Source: Malacoraja senta
Lineage: Eukaryota
Reading direction: 5' to 3'
Assembly: GCA_038087875.1 (NCBI GenBank)
Contig: CM075988.1
Coordinates: 19,842,001-19,906,000, forward strand
Length of the DNA stretch: 64,000 bases
A program made the translations under genes and the position numbers. Of this stretch, positions 1 to 12,949 are shown piece by piece. The notes beneath the pieces are model-generated. The model did not search any database. It was not told the DNA's origin and saw only the letters and a list, made by a program, of their open reading frames with translations. Positions within the stretch are counted from its first letter, which is position 1; each line of letters begins with the position of its first letter.

Positions 1-170
1 AATCGGACTTTATCCTGCACCAAATGTTGTACCCTTTATCCTGACATGTGCACGGTGGACGGCTCAATTGTAACCATGTGTAGTCTTTTCTTTGACTGGA
101 TAGCATGCAAACAAAAGATTTTCACTGCACCTTGGCACAGGTGACAATAATAAACTGAACTAAAATACAA
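1..170 (+). mobile_element. 3' tail of a Rex1/Babar-type LINE or partner SINE
   Basis: gcatgcaaacaaaagattttcactgcaccttggcacaggtgacaataataaactgaact resembles the tails following Rex1 coding remnants at 8570-8630, 43062-43250 and 57240-57330. Confidence 0.6.
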
Positions 171-329
171 AAAAAAGTTTGGAAGTTCAAGGTAATGTTT
201 TAAGTAAAAACAAAATGACATCTTTTTTTTTAAATGATGGACATCTAAAAATAAATGACAAAGAGGGAGAAGGTAGAATAAATGACCAAATTCACCAAAT
301 AATAGGAGCTGCCACTAAGATGAAGAATA

Positions 330-1630
330 CAGCTCAAGAAAATGTAGGTTAAGACAGACTGAGAAGTTAATAATGGAAAATGGAGAAAAAGTAGAGAATT
401 CAAAATAATTATTTAGAATTAGACTTCATGTAGGAGATACTAAAAACAATCCAATGCTAACAGATAATCGAGGGGTCATAGCGTGATACAGTGTGGAAAC
501 AGACCCTTCAGCCCAACCTGTCAGACATGTCTCAGCTACATTAGTCTCACCTGCCTGCCTTTGACCCATATCCCTCCAAACCTGTCCTATCCATGTAAGG
601 ATATCCATGTAAGGTTTAAGGAGAAAGAAACTCAAACAAATACAGCCAAAGCAAAAAAGAGGCTCAATTGGGCAATTATAAAGATAGGTTAGTAAGTTTG
701 ATGAAGACATTTGAAATGAAGATAGGTTGAAGTACACAAAAATTGATGGATTTGCAGACAGTGAAGAAGGCAGTCAAAGGATATACAGCAGGTCAATTAC
801 CATTACGGGCAGAGAAATGGCAGATGAAGTTTAATCTAGGCAAGTGTGAGGTGGAGCACTTTGCGTGGTCAAATGCAAATCAGTGGAATAACCCTTAGAT
901 GTATAGAGGGTCCAAGTCCATAACTCCCACAAGTAGCAATATGAGTGGATAGAGTGGGAAAAAAGATGCAGCATATGCTTGCCTTCATCTGGTGGGGAAA
1001 GAGTTTAAGAATCAGCAAGTCATTTTGAAACTTTATGGAACATTGGTTAGGCTGTATTTGGAGTGCAATTCTGTTTGCCCCATGATAGGAAGGATATGGA
1101 GGCTTTGGGGAAGGTGCAGAAGAGTTTTATCAGAATGCTGTCTGGATTAGATGGTAATAGCTATGAGAAGTTGGACAAACTTGTGTTATTTCCTCGTGGA
1201 GTGTCTCAGGCTGAGGGGAGAATGGGAAGTAGTTTATAAAATTGTGAGAGGAATAGAGGTATAGGGTAGACAGTCAGAACTTTTATCGCAGGATGGAAAT
1301 GTCAAATACTAGAAGGTTATAAGATTATGAGGTGTGAGGAATAAAGGAGATGTGCACGGGAATAGTGATGGGAATGTGCATCCAAGGGTGGCAGTGGAAA
1401 CAGATATGATAGTGGCGTTTAAGAATATTTAGATAAGCACACGGATATGCAAGAAATGGAGGGATATAGATTGCATACATGCCGAAGGGATTAGTTTAAT
1501 TTGACATTGTGTTTGGCATAGACACTGTGAGCCAAAAAGGATATGGTCCAAATGCAGACAAATGGGGCTAGCCCAATATGCCAACATGCTTCACATGAGC
1601 AAGGTGGGCCGAAGGGCCTGCTCTGTGCTG
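330..1630 (+). mobile_element. Degraded CR1 LINE (RT to 3' end) with nested CR1-type tails
   Basis: FAD/KCEV/gccttcat motifs colinear with the young CR1 at 44894-47981; tail gggccgaagggcctg at about 1606. Confidence 0.75.
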
Positions 1631-2659
1631 AACAGTTCTGGCTGCATTTGAACATGTTCATAATTGACTGGAAAGCAAGCCGATGCTATAAACAACGCAA
1701 GGGGAATGTAAATCGTTTTTTTCTTTCTTTCCATTGCATAAAAACCTCTCTCACTCTACACATACCCTTTCCATAAACATATAGGTCACACATTTAAAAA
1801 ATACAAGCACATATTACAGGAAAGCAAATCCAAACCTGTTGATTTCAGACAGCTAACGTTCAAATTCTGCCAATGTTTTAACTATCTGTGTAAATAAGAA
1901 TGTCACTGCCAGAATTCATAATTGACAATTTGGTAATAAACTGCCAACATCGAATGGACTGAATAAATTAATGATAAATGTATATTACAGGGAAATTATT
2001 ATTCCAGTGTTTGACTACAAATCTTCTTTACAGCTGTATAATTTTCCCGTTGATTACCATTTGCAGACATCACAGGTGGCAGGCTTCAGTAGACAAGGCG
2101 TTTTGTCTAACAGCCGGTATTTCTAATCAATGGTGATGTATGACCATGACATGATGTCACGGTATTTAGCCAACCATGAAATGATGGCAGACTTGGCCAT
2201 CAAAGCTGCCGGAAGCTGGAGTGAGCATCATTTTTTTAAATGACTGATTATTAAACATTTCTGCAATCAGCTTCAGGGAAGAGGAGAGACATGGGAACAG
2301 ATGAAGGGAGAGTGTGAAATATCCAAAGTACACAGAGCACAAAATTGGTGCGGAAAATCTGCTCAATGCTGGACCAGGAAGCAGAGGGACAATGCAAGAG
2401 TTGGCTCTGTTGGTGAGGTTCTCTTCGACAGGAAGAAGATACAAAAGCAGATTATTGACCAAATGGACATCACCTCCAGCAGTAGCTGTGCAGAGGGAAT
2501 TGAGCATCCTTAGATCAGAAACACCCGCAAATGGCAGCAGGGAATGAGGAAGAGGACCAAGGGAGAGAGCAGAAAACAGCAGGAAATCTGGCTAAGACTC
2601 CACTGGATGTTGGCAGGGCACACCAGGGGCACTCTTGCACGGAATTGATCTCGGAGACA

Positions 2660-3115
2660 AATGAGTTAATGTCTGAGGAGCGTTTGAATGCTCTGGGATT
2701 GTGAACACTGGTGCTGAGAAGAATTAGTGGAATCTCATTGAAACCTACCGGATAACGATAGGCTTAGATAGAGTGGATGCAGAAAGGACATATCCAGTAA
2801 TGGGAGAGTCTAGGACCAGAGGGCAGACCCTCAGAATAAAAGGATAAACTTTCAGAATGGACATGGGGAGGGATTTCTTTGGCCAGAGAGTGGTGAATCT
2901 GTGGAATTTATTGCCACAGGCAGTTATGCAGGCCAAAGCATTAGGTATTTTTAAAGCAGAGATTGATAGATTCTTGATTAGGAAGGGCATCAAAGGCTAA
3001 GGGGAGAAGGCGGGAGAGTAGAGTTGAGAGGGAGAAATAGATCAGTATTTTCGAATGGTGGAATTGACAATGGCTTGAATGACCTAATTCTGCTCCCATG
3101 TCTGATGGTCTTCAG
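2660..3115 (+). mobile_element. CR1 LINE 3' fragment
   Basis: gagagtggtgaatctgtggaatt...gcatcaaagg...aattctgctcc, homologous to the 3' end of the young CR1. Confidence 0.85.
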
Positions 3116-3191
3116 GTGTAGAGAGAGCTATCTTAGCATTCGAAACAGATTAATGCTGTGGGTGGATTCAGTGCTATTGTAGTGGATGAAA

Positions 3192-5100
3192 TAGCAATGT
3201 TACAAAATTTTGAGATTTAAAAAATCAAGTCTGCAATTTATCCCATCAGATACAGCATAAAAAGAAGTTTAATTTGATACCTAATTCACTTTCATATCTT
3301 CAGTATTAAAAAAGTTATGGCATTTTCATACTCGGAAACCAGCATCTTGTTCCCTATTGCTTTTCCATTGACTTAACACAAAAGCTGTGATCGAGGACAG
3401 TCAAAAGCCCATAACTTTCTTAAATATTAAGAGAACTGAATGACATTTTCAGTTATTATAGATTGAAGCATTCTGAAACAAATATGAAACATCTTACTTG
3501 GATGACCTGAAATTAAAGCATATAATTAGTTAGTTACCTAATTGTAGCTAATTACAAAATTGACCGTTGTGATGGAAATAGTAATAAACACCCAGACTGC
3601 CTTGAAAATTCAAAAATGTGATATTCTCAAGATCAGAACTTTAATATTATTGTATTATATGCTGTAAGTCCGTAACAGATAGGTAAATAAATTACAATTT
3701 CTAACAATAGACCTTTATGGAGAAGATCAGTTGCAACATTGGCATATCATTGGCTGGTACATTGGCATATCATAATCAGTAGCATCATCGTACTCCTCAG
3801 ATTGTAACCAATAAGCAACTCTGTACACCTTGTTTTTCCTCAAGTTTTCAATTTTGGCATTGTAAACTACAAGTTTTTGCTCTTCAAACCACACATGACA
3901 TGTCTTTCTGCCCACTCCTTTCCCATTAAGAATGTCCTGTAGATCATCACATTTGGAGTAGTCCAAATTCGGATAATCTCATGCGAATGCTGTCTAAATC
4001 CGTCTCTTTTGCTGGGCATTTGGATTGACAATTTTGCATTTCTTCTTCGGAGACATCTGTTTACAATGTAAAGGGGAAAAAAACACTGAACAGCTTTAAC
4101 AGAAACAAGTTATTATTTGCAGTTTTAGACAAAAGGTTGAAATGATAAAGTTAACGCTAAAACAAATAGTAAATACCCCACAGAAAAATCATATTCATCA
4201 GTTTCATCAAATCAATTAAATTCATCTAATCAATTAAATTCATCTAAATTCAATTACTAGATCTAAACATCTATCCATTTCTAAGAAAAGGCTAATTTTT
4301 TTAAATAGCCTAAGTATCCAAATAACAAACTAATCCCATTCACACAAGAATTCACAAATATAAAAAGATTTTTAAATCTCACTGTCATGAACTTACATGC
4401 CAAATGGAAGGAATTTAATGTTTAATTCCCATAAGTTAATCTAGAAACATCCACTCTCAATATAATCAAAATTATTATTTTTTGCACAATACATCTGACT
4501 AAAACTGTTGTGGATGTCTAGTATAAAAATATTGATTATGGATAGACAATAACACAAAATATAGATGATTTAGATGCTCTTATGACATGATTGTCCAAAA
4601 AAAAAGAGAATTTTAATCATCTTGCAAGTGGGTGTTTCTGGAATGCGATCGATTGGAACGTTGCCATTGCCGTGAATTTTAACCCCATATTGGCAGGTAA
4701 AGACATGGCCGAATCGTTTGGGGACTAAATAACATTTTCGCATCGTAAAAGTAAACTAAAGCCACCCCGCTGAAGCAAGATTATATGTGAAATACACGAC
4801 TTACCCTTTGTTTTGTCCTGATATTATGATCCGTGACGTTGAAGGCGTTGAGGGCGTTCAAAGTCGCCTTTTACTTTAATCCAACTATTAAATTGTCCAA
4901 AGATTTTTTTTTAAAATAAACGGGAACGGAAGTCCGATCGATTTTTTTTCATCGACTAGCAGCCCGAGGAAATCCCTCTCTGACAAGCAATACAAACATG
5001 CATTTTAATCCCGCCCCCCCCTCAAAAGCTCCGGAGTCGCGCACACAGACCGTGGCAGATCTGCAGTGCCGCTTAGTAGGTAGGTTTTGTAACATCGCTA
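3192..5100 (-). mobile_element. Non-autonomous TIR DNA transposon, 1.9 kb, superfamily unassigned
   Basis: 16-bp TIRs TAGCAATGTTACAAAA (3192) and TTTTGTAACATCGCTA (ends 5100), 15/16 match; flanks GATGAAA / GATGAAG (possible 7-bp TSD); CpG-rich right end. Confidence 0.85.
3690..4056 (-). pseudogene. Decayed small gene inside the TIR element: basic N-terminus plus Tudor/Spin-Ssty-like domain
   Basis: cag|ATG at 4056 gives MSPKKKCKIVNPNAQQKRRI*TAFA*DYPNL, in frame with ORF 3727-3966 (VGRKTCHVWFEEQKLVVYNAKIE...YRVAYW...DYDMPMYQ); stops TAG and TGA are single C>T changes from CAG and CGA; a duplication of ATGATATGCCAATG shifts the frame before ATDLLHKGLL. Confidence 0.65.
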
Positions 5101-5259
5101 GATGAAGGGGTTTTTTTTAGGAAGGGTTGACACAGTTAGCCCTTTACAAATTGGAATTTAGGAGAATGACAGTTGATTTTGTTATAACATTAGAATGGTG
5201 AAGCACTAAAATCTGCACTCTGGTTATATTTCTCTTTACATTAACTTGTGTATGGAGAT

Positions 5260-5465
5260 ATAAGAAACTGAAGAGGCTGGAACCTTGAGGCAAATATATA
5301 GTGCTGCAAGATCTCAGAGGTTCAGGCAGCATCTGTGGAGGCAACGGACAGATGTTGTTTTGGGTCAGGACCCTTCAGAAAAATGGGTCCCAACCCAAAC
5401 TATTGTCTTTCCATCCCCCCCCCCCCCCAGATGCTGCCTGACCCACTGAGTTCCTCCAGCTGTTT
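5260..5465. mobile_element. Penelope-like fold-back unit (two inverted terminal halves)
   Basis: caggcagcatctgtggagg...gggtcaggacccttcag mirrored by gggtcccaacccaaac...agatgctgcctgacccactgag. Confidence 0.7.
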
Positions 5466-6489
5466 GTACTTGTGTACGACTTGATTGTAATGTATAGCAT
5501 GATCTGACTGGATAACATTTAAAACAAGTTTTTTCATTGTATCTTCAGTGCACGAATAATAATAATCCAATATCAATACCAAAGATATGGTGGGTTAAGT
5601 ACTGAGAGGAGAATTCCACACCTGAAAGAATTCCGAATGAGCTGTTTGCTTTCCGAATCAGAAACTGCCTGTTTAAGATGGAGAAAGGTTTAGAGGTACA
5701 TGGGCTAAACACAGGAAAATGGGACTAGACGAGATGGGGCATTTTGGTCGGCATGGACTAGTTGGGCCGAATGACTCCATGCTGTATGACTCTAATTTCT
5801 ACTGTCTGTGGCAAAGAAATCTTTGAAATTCACTACCCAGCAAGCTGTGATGGCTGAATTATTAAATATAATCAAGTCCAAGATCAATGTTTGGACTGTA
5901 GAGGAATCAAGGGTTGTGGGGATCAGAGAGGAAAGGAGGTGAAGATTCGATCAGCCGTGATCTTATTGAACGAGGGAGAAAGTTCAAATAATCATACGTC
6001 CCACCCTTCCCCCTATGTTTTCCTGTTCAACACACCCTTTCCCCCAGTGCTATTCGAGTGGCACTTTTTACTCCTTCTCGTCATTTTCCATGGTTTTTAA
6101 GTCAATTTTGGCAGTTAAGTGGGTTAAACAAACCATTTCACACATCATTAATTTCACTCTTCAGTGGTGGGCCTGCTATTGATCAAACTAAATGAAGGAA
6201 AAAGCACCAACATTGATAATATTTTTTGTGCTATAAACCAAATACCATTCATCCCTGTATCTGATACTCAGGTCTAGTGTTGATCAATTTCAGAAAATGA
6301 TTATGTGCTAACATTCATGCTATTTAGTCACAGTAGAATACTCTCTGTAGCTTCAATTTACCATGCTATCAATCATCAAACTATTTCTGACCGCAGCTAA
6401 CTCCAAGTACATAGACCACAAATATAGTGTCCTATCAAAAATAGAATCTGTATGTGTTTCTTTAGTTATTATTTACCTGACAATTAAGA

Positions 6490-7150
6490 GTAGTATTGCA
6501 GCAACACAGGCAGACAGGGTGGTGAAGAAGGCATTTGACAAGCTTGCCTTCATTGGTCAGAACATTGAGTACAAGAGTCAGGACATCATTTTGCAATTGT
6601 ACAAGTCATTGGCGAGATCACACTTGGAAAACTGTGTGTAGTTCTAATCACCCATCTATATGAAGGATGCTATTAAGGTGGAAAGGGTGCAGAAAAGATT
6701 CACATGATGTGACCAGGACTGGTGGGCTTGAGTTACAAGGAGAGGCTGGATAAATTGGGCCCTTTTTCTCTGAGCATAGGAGGCAGAGAGGTGATCTGAT
6801 GGAGGTATCAAAATCAAGAGAGATATAGAAATGGTGGAAAGTCACAGTTTCTTTTTCCCAGGGTCGGGGTGTCTAAAACTAGAAGATATAGATTTAAAGT
6901 GAGTGGGGAAATAATTAATGGGACCAGAGGGACAAGTTTTTCCATGCAAAGGATGGTTGGTAAATGGAACAAGCTGCCAGAGGAAGCTGTAGCGGCTGCT
7001 ACAATTATAATGTTAATGAGCATTTGGACAGGTATACGGATACAAATGTTTAGAGGGATAAGGACAAATGGAACAAGCTTGAATAGACATTTTTGTTGGC
7101 AAGAACAAATTGGGCTGAAAAACCTGTTCCCCTGCTGTGCAACTATGACC
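6490..7150 (+). mobile_element. Degraded CR1 LINE 3' part
   Basis: ORFs 6363-6641 (VVKKAFDKLAFIGQNIEYKSQDIILQLYKSLARSHLENCV) and 6869-7177 (QRMVGKWNKLPEEAV). Confidence 0.85.
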
Positions 7151-7979
7151 CTATTGTGCAGCAAGAGAGTAAATTAAAACTAACAAAATCTAGCTGAAGA
7201 GTGGGCACACTATCAAAGCAATTCTGAAATTTGTACTTAAAAAAAAATTAAATCCTTCAAAACAAGGAACAATGCCAAAGTTAAATCAACAGAACCATTT
7301 CTGACCAACATTGGTATGATGGCATCTCGGATATAATTTTTTATTTTCCTATCTTTCTTCAGCCATTTCCTTTGAAGAGAGGACACAGTTTATCTAATGG
7401 AGACAAGTGACAGTGGATGCTGGAATCTACAGCAAAAAAAACCATGCTGGATGAACTCACCAGGTCGGGCAGCATCTGTGGCGGGGGAAACAGATAGTCC
7501 TTGTTTCTGGTCAAGCCTTTGACAGAAGCATTCTTTGCCTCCACATACTGTATGTTGCTTGATCTGCTGAGTAGAACGTTGTTTCTTGACCCAGTTTATT
7601 GAAGTTTTCTGGATAGGCTTCACTCTCTAGCACAATCTCTTTTACCTAACATGGATGCCAGAACAGAAGAAATATTATATAGTCTTATGTGAATTCCATA
7701 GATTTTTTCCAATATTAAATTGTCTGGATCATTGGTCTCCAGCTATATTCTATCTTTTGCTTAATTAAAAGGTTTCACATTACAATTTCAACGGCCCTCC
7801 AAAACTTTATTTTTCCCCTTCTTCATCACTTAATCCAGTGGCTATTCCTTCCTCTTCAGGCTTGTCACAAATTGGATTAGAAAGGTAATGTGGAAGAACT
7901 CCATTCCCTTCTTCCCTTTACTTGCCAGTTTAGTTCATCTGCAAATTGGGAACAAACTGACCAGGGCATTGGTGCTGAA

Positions 7980-8630
7980 GTAGAGAATGTTGAGGCTTCA
8001 AGTTCTTGGGTGTAGACATCAACAACAATTTGGTCCAATTACTGGCCAAGAAATCACGCCAATTACTCTACTTCATTTGATGGCAGAGCAATTTCAGCAT
8101 GTTTCCAATGACTCTTACCAATTTCCACAGATCCATCATAGAAAGCATCCTACCGGGATTCACCACAGCTTTGTACTGCAACAACTCTGTCCAAGGTCGC
8201 AAAAAATTGTGGACGCAGTCCAAACCATTACATAGACCAGTCTTCCATCCCACCCACTAATCAATCCATCTACACTTCACAGTGCCTTGGGAACGCTGCC
8301 AACATAGTCAAGGACAAGTCATACCAGAGTCATTCAATTTTCTCCCCTCTCCCATCGGGCAGATGGTACAAAAACTAGAAAGCACATACCGTTAAATTCA
8401 AGTATAGATTTTCCCCTGCTTTTATCAGATACTTGCTTGGGATGAATTATGCAATCTTCCAAACTACCTTGTTGCTACCCTCACACTTTTTCTGTAAATG
8501 AATCACCATATTCTGCTCGCTGTTTTCTCTTTTGCACTACCTGACATATAATCATACCATACACGAGTTGCCTGGCTCGCATACAAAAACAGTTTTTCAC
8601 TGTACCTTGACACACGTGACAATAATAAAC
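7980..8630 (+). mobile_element. Degraded Rex1/Babar LINE 3' part
   Basis: ttcaagttcttggg, catagaaagcatcct, ccctctcccatcgggcaga homologous to Rex1 at 43250-43800; same 3' tail. Confidence 0.75.
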
Positions 8631-8649
8631 TAGTCAACCAATAAAGGAA

Positions 8650-11600
8650 CGAACAATGAATGCATGGCTTAAAGATTGGCATACGAAGAATGAGTTTCAA
8701 TGCATGAATGCAAGTACTAGGGCCAGCTGTTCTGTTGGGATGGGGAGATATTCTGGTGAATCAGATAACTAGTATGTAAATAGGATTTTACAGAGTGTGA
8801 GAGAGAGATGGGAGGAGAGGGGTGATGGTGCCATTGTACAAACAAAAGCGTGTTCAAAACTCAGCAGGCTGCATATGCTGGAAACACAAAAATAAACACA
8901 GATAGTGCTGGAAACACTCAGAAGGTCAAGCAACATCTATAGAGAGAGATGAGGGTTTGTCAACATGAAATACTATGTATTTATTAAAGAGTACATCTGC
9001 TAATAAAGTCAGAGTGTATAAAAATGGTAAACAGGTAAAAATAAAGGTTCCTTATACAAATAAATGCAGCGTTTGTAACAAGATAGACAATTAGTGGCAC
9101 AACCAGAAATCACTAGAATTTAATTTACAAGGATGTTGTCAGTACTCAAGAGCCTGAGCTTTAGGAAGAGACTGGGCAGACTAGGACATTATTTCTTGGA
9201 GCAAAGGAGGCTGAGGGGTGATCTCATAGAGGTGTATATAATCATGGGAGCAATAGATAGATTGAGTGCACACAGTCTTTTCCCCCAGGCTAGGGGAATC
9301 AAGAACCAGAGGAAAATATTTAATGGAAGCTGAGGGGGAACCTTTTCACTTAGAGAATGATGGGTATATGGAGCAACCTGACCAGAGGAGGTAGTTGAGG
9401 CAGGTACTATAAATAATATTTTAAAAGACATTTGGATGGTACATGGGTAGGAAGAGGTTAAGCGCGATATGGGGCAAACGTGGGCAAATTGGACCACTTT
9501 AGATGGGGCATTTTGGTCGGTATGGATGACGGGATGAAGGGCCTATTTTTTTGCTGTATGACTATTATTTAAGAGCCATTACAGATAACTGATTTTCAAG
9601 GCTGGTATCTAAACAACGGGGTTCCCAGCATTTTAATCCTGGATCCACTCCTGATCAGCGAAATGGGAGCAGTTTGTATAATCTCTTCATGACTGCATAG
9701 ATTTCTCTGGGAGCTCTAGATTCTTTCCACATCCGACAGATAGGTTAATTATTTAGCCCCAGTATAGGTAAGTGGCAAAAGCACCCTTAGGGCAGTTGAT
9801 GGGCATACAAGGAGGAATACAATGCCAGGTTACAGAGATATAAGGGGGAAATAGGACTGAGTGGATTGCTCTGCTGTGAGCTGGCAAGGGCCTGATGGGT
9901 GGAATGGTCTCCAGAAGATATCCACAAAAGAAACACAAATGGGGCAGCTCTGCCAAGAAAGGATGAGATCAGTACAATGGTGATAAACGGTCTTGATTCA
10001 GTAGATCGAGACAGAAATAGTTTTGGTGGTGCTCAGAAACGGTGGGGAAAGACGTCATCGGAGATTGTGGGCCATGGTTGCATTTTGAACAGAACATAAA
10101 TCAAAAAATAATATACGCTTACTATTAAGTTCATTAACTGAGAGCAACTTTGACCTTTATATTGATTGGACAAATAAAACTGAAAAAGGTAACCTTGAGA
10201 ATGAGTGTATTTGGACCGGTTTGTCGAACAATAAAGTTTGCTGCCAACCAGGGAACCAGCCATTTCAAATCTGATCAAGTGCACAGACCCCATGTAAACT
10301 AATGATGGAAGAGGAAGAGATCCTCTGGGGGAAAGCATTTCATAATGATGGGAGGTTCCATTTAACTTGGAAGTGAGAAACTTGAATTGGAAACTCGTGT
10401 TTTGGACTTAAATGTAGGCAATTAAAAAAGTATGAAAGCAGAGTTGGTCGAAATGGACTGGGAAAATGGGCAAGGTGAGTAAACAATGAATGAGAGTTTT
10501 AAGGCAATATTTCCTCATTGTCAGCAAAGATAGATTCTGTTGATAAATAAAGACCATGAGAAGGATGATCTCTCTGTGGTTAGCCAGGGATGCAAGGATG
10601 ACAGGAAGATAGACACAAAAAGCTAAGGTAACTCAGCGGGTCAGGCAGCATCTCTGACGAAAAGGAATACGAAATGAAAGGGAAAAGAAATGTTTCGGGT
10701 CAAGACGCTTCTTCAGACTGAGAGTCAGGGGAAAGAGAAATGAGAGATATAGACTGTGATATAGAACAAATGAATGAAAGATATGCAAAAAGTAACAATG
10801 ATCAAGCAAAGGTGGAGCCCACAAGAAGATGCAAGGCATACAATAGAGCGAAAGTTCGCTGTTGGATGGAAGGCTGAGAATTTATTTTTAAACCAACAAA
10901 TTTCATAAGCAATTTTATAGCAGCAGAATTTGCCCATCGATTCTGCTCTGCCATTCGATCATTGCTGATTTATTTTTCCCTCTCAACCCCATTCCCCTGC
11001 CTTCTCCCCATAACCTTTGACCCCCTTACTAATCAGGAACCTATTAATCGTCGCTTTAATAATACCCAATAACATGGCATCCACCACCACCTGTGGCAAT
11101 GAATTCAACAGATTCGCCACACTCTGGCTAAATAAATCCCTCCTCGTTTCCATTCTAAAGGCATTTTATTCTGAGGCCATGCCCTCTGGTCTTAGACTTC
11201 CACTAGTGGAACCATCCCCTTTACCTGTTCTATGCTGATGAAAGAACGACAACAAGGCAGAGAGTTGACTGTGAGAGAAAACTTAGGAAACACAAGGACA
11301 TTCAGCAAGAGCTTCTGTAAGTCTATAAACAAAGTAAGGGAGCAGATGAAGTAAATCCTTAGAAGTGAGACTGGGGAATTAATACAATAAATGGCAGACA
11401 TATCAAGCAACTATTTTGTATCTATCTTCACAGTATAAATCATCAACTGAACTGCAATAAAAGGGGATCCAAGCACTTAAGGGAAAAGAAATGAAGCAAA
11501 CAAATGGCTGAGCAGTTCCCTGCTCCTGGCTCAGGGATACCACAGTCACCACCTTCCAATCTTCCGAGATTCTGTAAAGACTCCAGTGGATTGGAAAACA

Positions 11601-11985
11601 GCAATGCAGCACCAAGAAAGTTGGAAGACTGAACGCAGGAAATGATAGACCAGTTAGCCATGCATGGGTCCTTTTGAAAATGCTGGTATCTATTATTAAG
11701 GAAGTGGGAATAAGATATTTAGAGAATCTATAACTCGGTTTGACTGTACTATATTTTATTAAAGGGAAATTGTATTTGACAGATTTGATGCCATGGTGAC
11801 ACCTTAATGAGATGCTACCCTGCAGCTGGACTACATGCACATAAGTTGAGCTGGGAGGCAGCAGCAATAATTGATCTCAGACTAGAATTAAAATCAAGGA
11901 TGCAATGCTAGGCTTTATAAGGCGCTGGTGAGGCTACATTTGGAATATTTAGGCACCATATCCAAGGAAGGATGCGCTGGTTTTG
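8650..11985 (+). mobile_element. Long, heavily degraded CR1 (ORF1 end, endonuclease, RT) with several nested younger insertions
   Basis: Colinear remnants such as aatgcagcgtttgtaacaagatagac, gaaactggggaattaata, atagaccagttagcc, aaagggaaattgtatttgacagattt. Confidence 0.6.
10605..10830 (-). mobile_element. Penelope-like 3' terminal repeat with hammerhead motif
   Basis: Reverse complement of 15960-16222; tgtttcgggtcaagacgcttcttcagact. Confidence 0.75.
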
Positions 11986-12949
11986 ACCCCCAACTCTCTT
12001 CCAGCTTTCTTCTCCATAGTACAATCAGTTGGAAGAAACGTCCCAACACAAAGCATCACCTATCCATATCATCCAGTAATGCTGCCTAACCCACCATGTT
12101 ACTCCAGCACTTTGTCTTTTTTTGTAAACCAGCATCTGCAGTACCTTCTGTATGGATAGATATGGATAGGAAGTGTTCAGAAGGCGAGAGGCCAAATGCA
12201 GGAAATTGGAAAATAGCCCAAGATGCCAACTTGGTTCGGCTGTATATCGTGGGCCAAAAGGGCCATTTCATAAGTTATAAGAGTAGAATTAAGCCATTCA
12301 GCCCATCAAGTGTACTCCGCCAATTAATCCTGGCTGATCTATCATTACACTCTTAACCCCATTCTCCTGCCTTCTCCCCATAACTCCCACATTAATCAAG
12401 AATCTGTCAATGTCCGCCTTAAAAATATCCATTAACTTGGCTTCCACTGCCTTCTGTGCTAATGTTTTAATGTTTTATGTTTTATTCTTAATGGTTTACT
12501 GTGTGTCGTGTTGTTACTTACGAGCAGAGCACCAAGGCAAATTCCTTGTATGTGTACATACTTGGCCAATAAACTTATTCATTCATTTATTCATGAATTC
12601 CACAGATTTACCACCATCTGACTAAAGTAAGTCCTCCTGTGCAGTTTCTGTGCTGCACAGTTCCATTACTCTATTAAGAGTGTAGTCAGTAACAATAGAA
12701 GGGTTGCAATGGGTAAAAGATAACTGGGTGTGAAAAGCAGATGATGAGGTAGGAGACACATCGAGAGCCTGAAAGTGAAGGAAGCTTCGTGAGTTTGTGG
12801 CAGAGCAGAGGCACAAGGCAGGGAGCCTCATCTAGTGTCCTCCTGCCTTTCTCTGCCATCCTATGCATCTCATCTCTCTAGAAAGAAGGCATGTTGAGTG
12901 AAAGAGATAGTGAGAAGCAGAGAAAAACAAGCAGAAAAAACGTGGTTTA

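Noticed and set aside
2300..2550. Possible Harbinger Myb/SANT remnant
   Set aside because: Resemblance too weak to support without a search.
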